Shown in pieces: positions 62,561 to 64,000 of a stretch of 64,000 nucleotides of DNA. The translations under genes and the position numbers were made by a program. Location of the stretch: positions 19,758,970-19,822,969 of the forward strand of contig JARFYF010000017.1 in assembly GCA_030265395.1 (NCBI GenBank). The letters run 5' to 3'. Positions within the stretch are counted from its first letter, which is position 1. The number at the start of each line of letters is the position of its first letter. Under the pieces are notes generated by a model. That model searched no databases, had not been told where the DNA came from, and worked only from the letters and a program-made list of their open reading frames with translations. Source of the stretch: Rhina ancylostomus (taxonomy: Eukaryota).

Positions 62561-64000
62561 TTGGAGCATGGTAGGGTGGAATATTTCCATGCTGGATAAA
62601 TAATAAACTTTAGACACTTCAGACAATTTAATCCAAGAATGTATTATGTCTTAATAAGAATGTACCTGATTGACATTTTTTCTGTGAACCTCTGGCTTTA
62701 TANNNNATTGCCTGAATTCCCAGCACTCTCCCATTCTTTTCAGTCAGGTTGCTAATGCCCCAGAAACAAATGAAGCCAAAGCAAGCTTTTATTATATAGA
62801 TATCTCTTTTATTGGTCAAATCTGGTATTCTGAATTGGTTTTGATGGCAGGAATTTCATCTTCATATCTCACATTATAATGTCACTCATAAAGATATTCT
62901 GACTGATTAATATTCATTTTTGCCATATATTGAAATTGATTTATTTGAACTGCAACCAAAATACCAGTAATTCAATAGGTAACAAATGATTGATGAAATT
63001 CTGTCTGAAAATATTACATAAAAAATGCATCATTCTTGATGTAATTTAAAAAACATAGCTTTATACAGGGTAAAATCAAATCAACCAAAATGCTTATGCT
63101 AGATAACTATGAGGACACTATAGACACATAGATCATGTATGTTAGAAATTACACTAGGCATAAGTTACCACTTAGTCAGTCTTCTAGGAAAGGGCAATAG
63201 AGAAAGGAATCTCATTGGTATGAAAAATAGAGACTTCTTGGCTCAATAGTGCTGTAATCTGGACCCTGACCACCTCTAGTACATTCGCTACAGAAAAGTT
63301 CCAGTTGAGAAGGACAATGAGCCCATTTCCAACTTACCTCAAAGTTTAACTACTGCCTGTTGATAGATATGCCATCAACATTGATATTCAAGGTCATAAA
63401 AGAATCAAGAATCTGATCCAGTTCATGTTTACCATGTGAGTAAATTGCATGGTTCTTAATCGTAGGAATAGGAGAAACAATACATAAGGTGGGTTGTGTA
63501 ATTCCTGCAAAGTACTGATGAAGCACGGGAGGGCCTTAATATTTTTAGGCTTGCACTTCATTCTTCACAGTATTCGTATCAAACCTGCCCTCAGCACTGT
63601 TGTTTAAAAAAAAATCCCACAACTGAAATATTTCAGTTTCTTCTTGTTGTAATTAAATGGAACTTGAGATAAATGCAGGAGATGGGTTTGCAATATGAAA
63701 GTGTACTTAGAAACCAGGCAGCTTCTTTTATTCCTGCATTGGATTGTGCTCCATTCCATAAGAAAAATTCTTCAACCTTCTGTGAGGCATTCGATTTTTC
63801 CTGAGTTCTCCTGTAGCACTTGTGATGAATGAATATCTGAATATGATTTACATTCTTTTCTGTTAACTGCTTTTTGGTCTCACCTTTAAACAAAAATCCT
63901 TTTGCTTCACATACCCTTATTCTGTGATCTACAGCATCTGTTTCATCCCAAGCAAATAGGTCAGGTTATCCCTGGATGCATTTATCCACGTTATTACCTT

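Noticed and set aside
1-64000. Remaining 60-140 aa ORFs in the six-frame track
   Set aside because: Many use non-ATG starts, show no domain-like composition or splice support, or are antisense shadows of TE fragments or runs through N-gaps.

Overview
AT-rich, CpG-depleted vertebrate genomic DNA. The repeat content (V-SINE/HE1-type and Deu-domain SINEs, CR1, L2, L1, Penelope-type termini, PIF/Harbinger relics) points to a cartilaginous fish, probably a ray or relative; this is inference. The window behaves like the inside of a very long intron. I can support only one protein-coding exon: 56762-56869 on +, 108 nt, phase 1-1, acidic peptide loosely reminiscent of the MACROD2 C-terminal tail (gene not confirmed). 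Almost all entries in the ORF track are chance ORFs or TE debris. There are no prokaryotic features, CRISPR arrays or recognisable rRNA/tRNA genes. Nine N-gaps are present (2840-2985, 7017-7116, 34536-34635, 38873-38925, 42415-42424, 43130-43229, 44114-44213, 59189-59198, 62703-62706). The most unusual signal is fold-back structure upstream of the exon: a ~300-bp inverted repeat (47736-48379 vs 52129-52655) whose arms were each split at nearly the same point by different TEs, a 75-nt hairpin inside its loop (51062-51136), and a second 55-bp inverted pair (38003-38057 vs 39448-39502). Also notable are a candidate recursive-splice exon (43004-43045) and a fossil two-gene Harbinger transposon with an L1 inserted into it. 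All alignments and family calls were made by eye, and TE boundaries are approximate.
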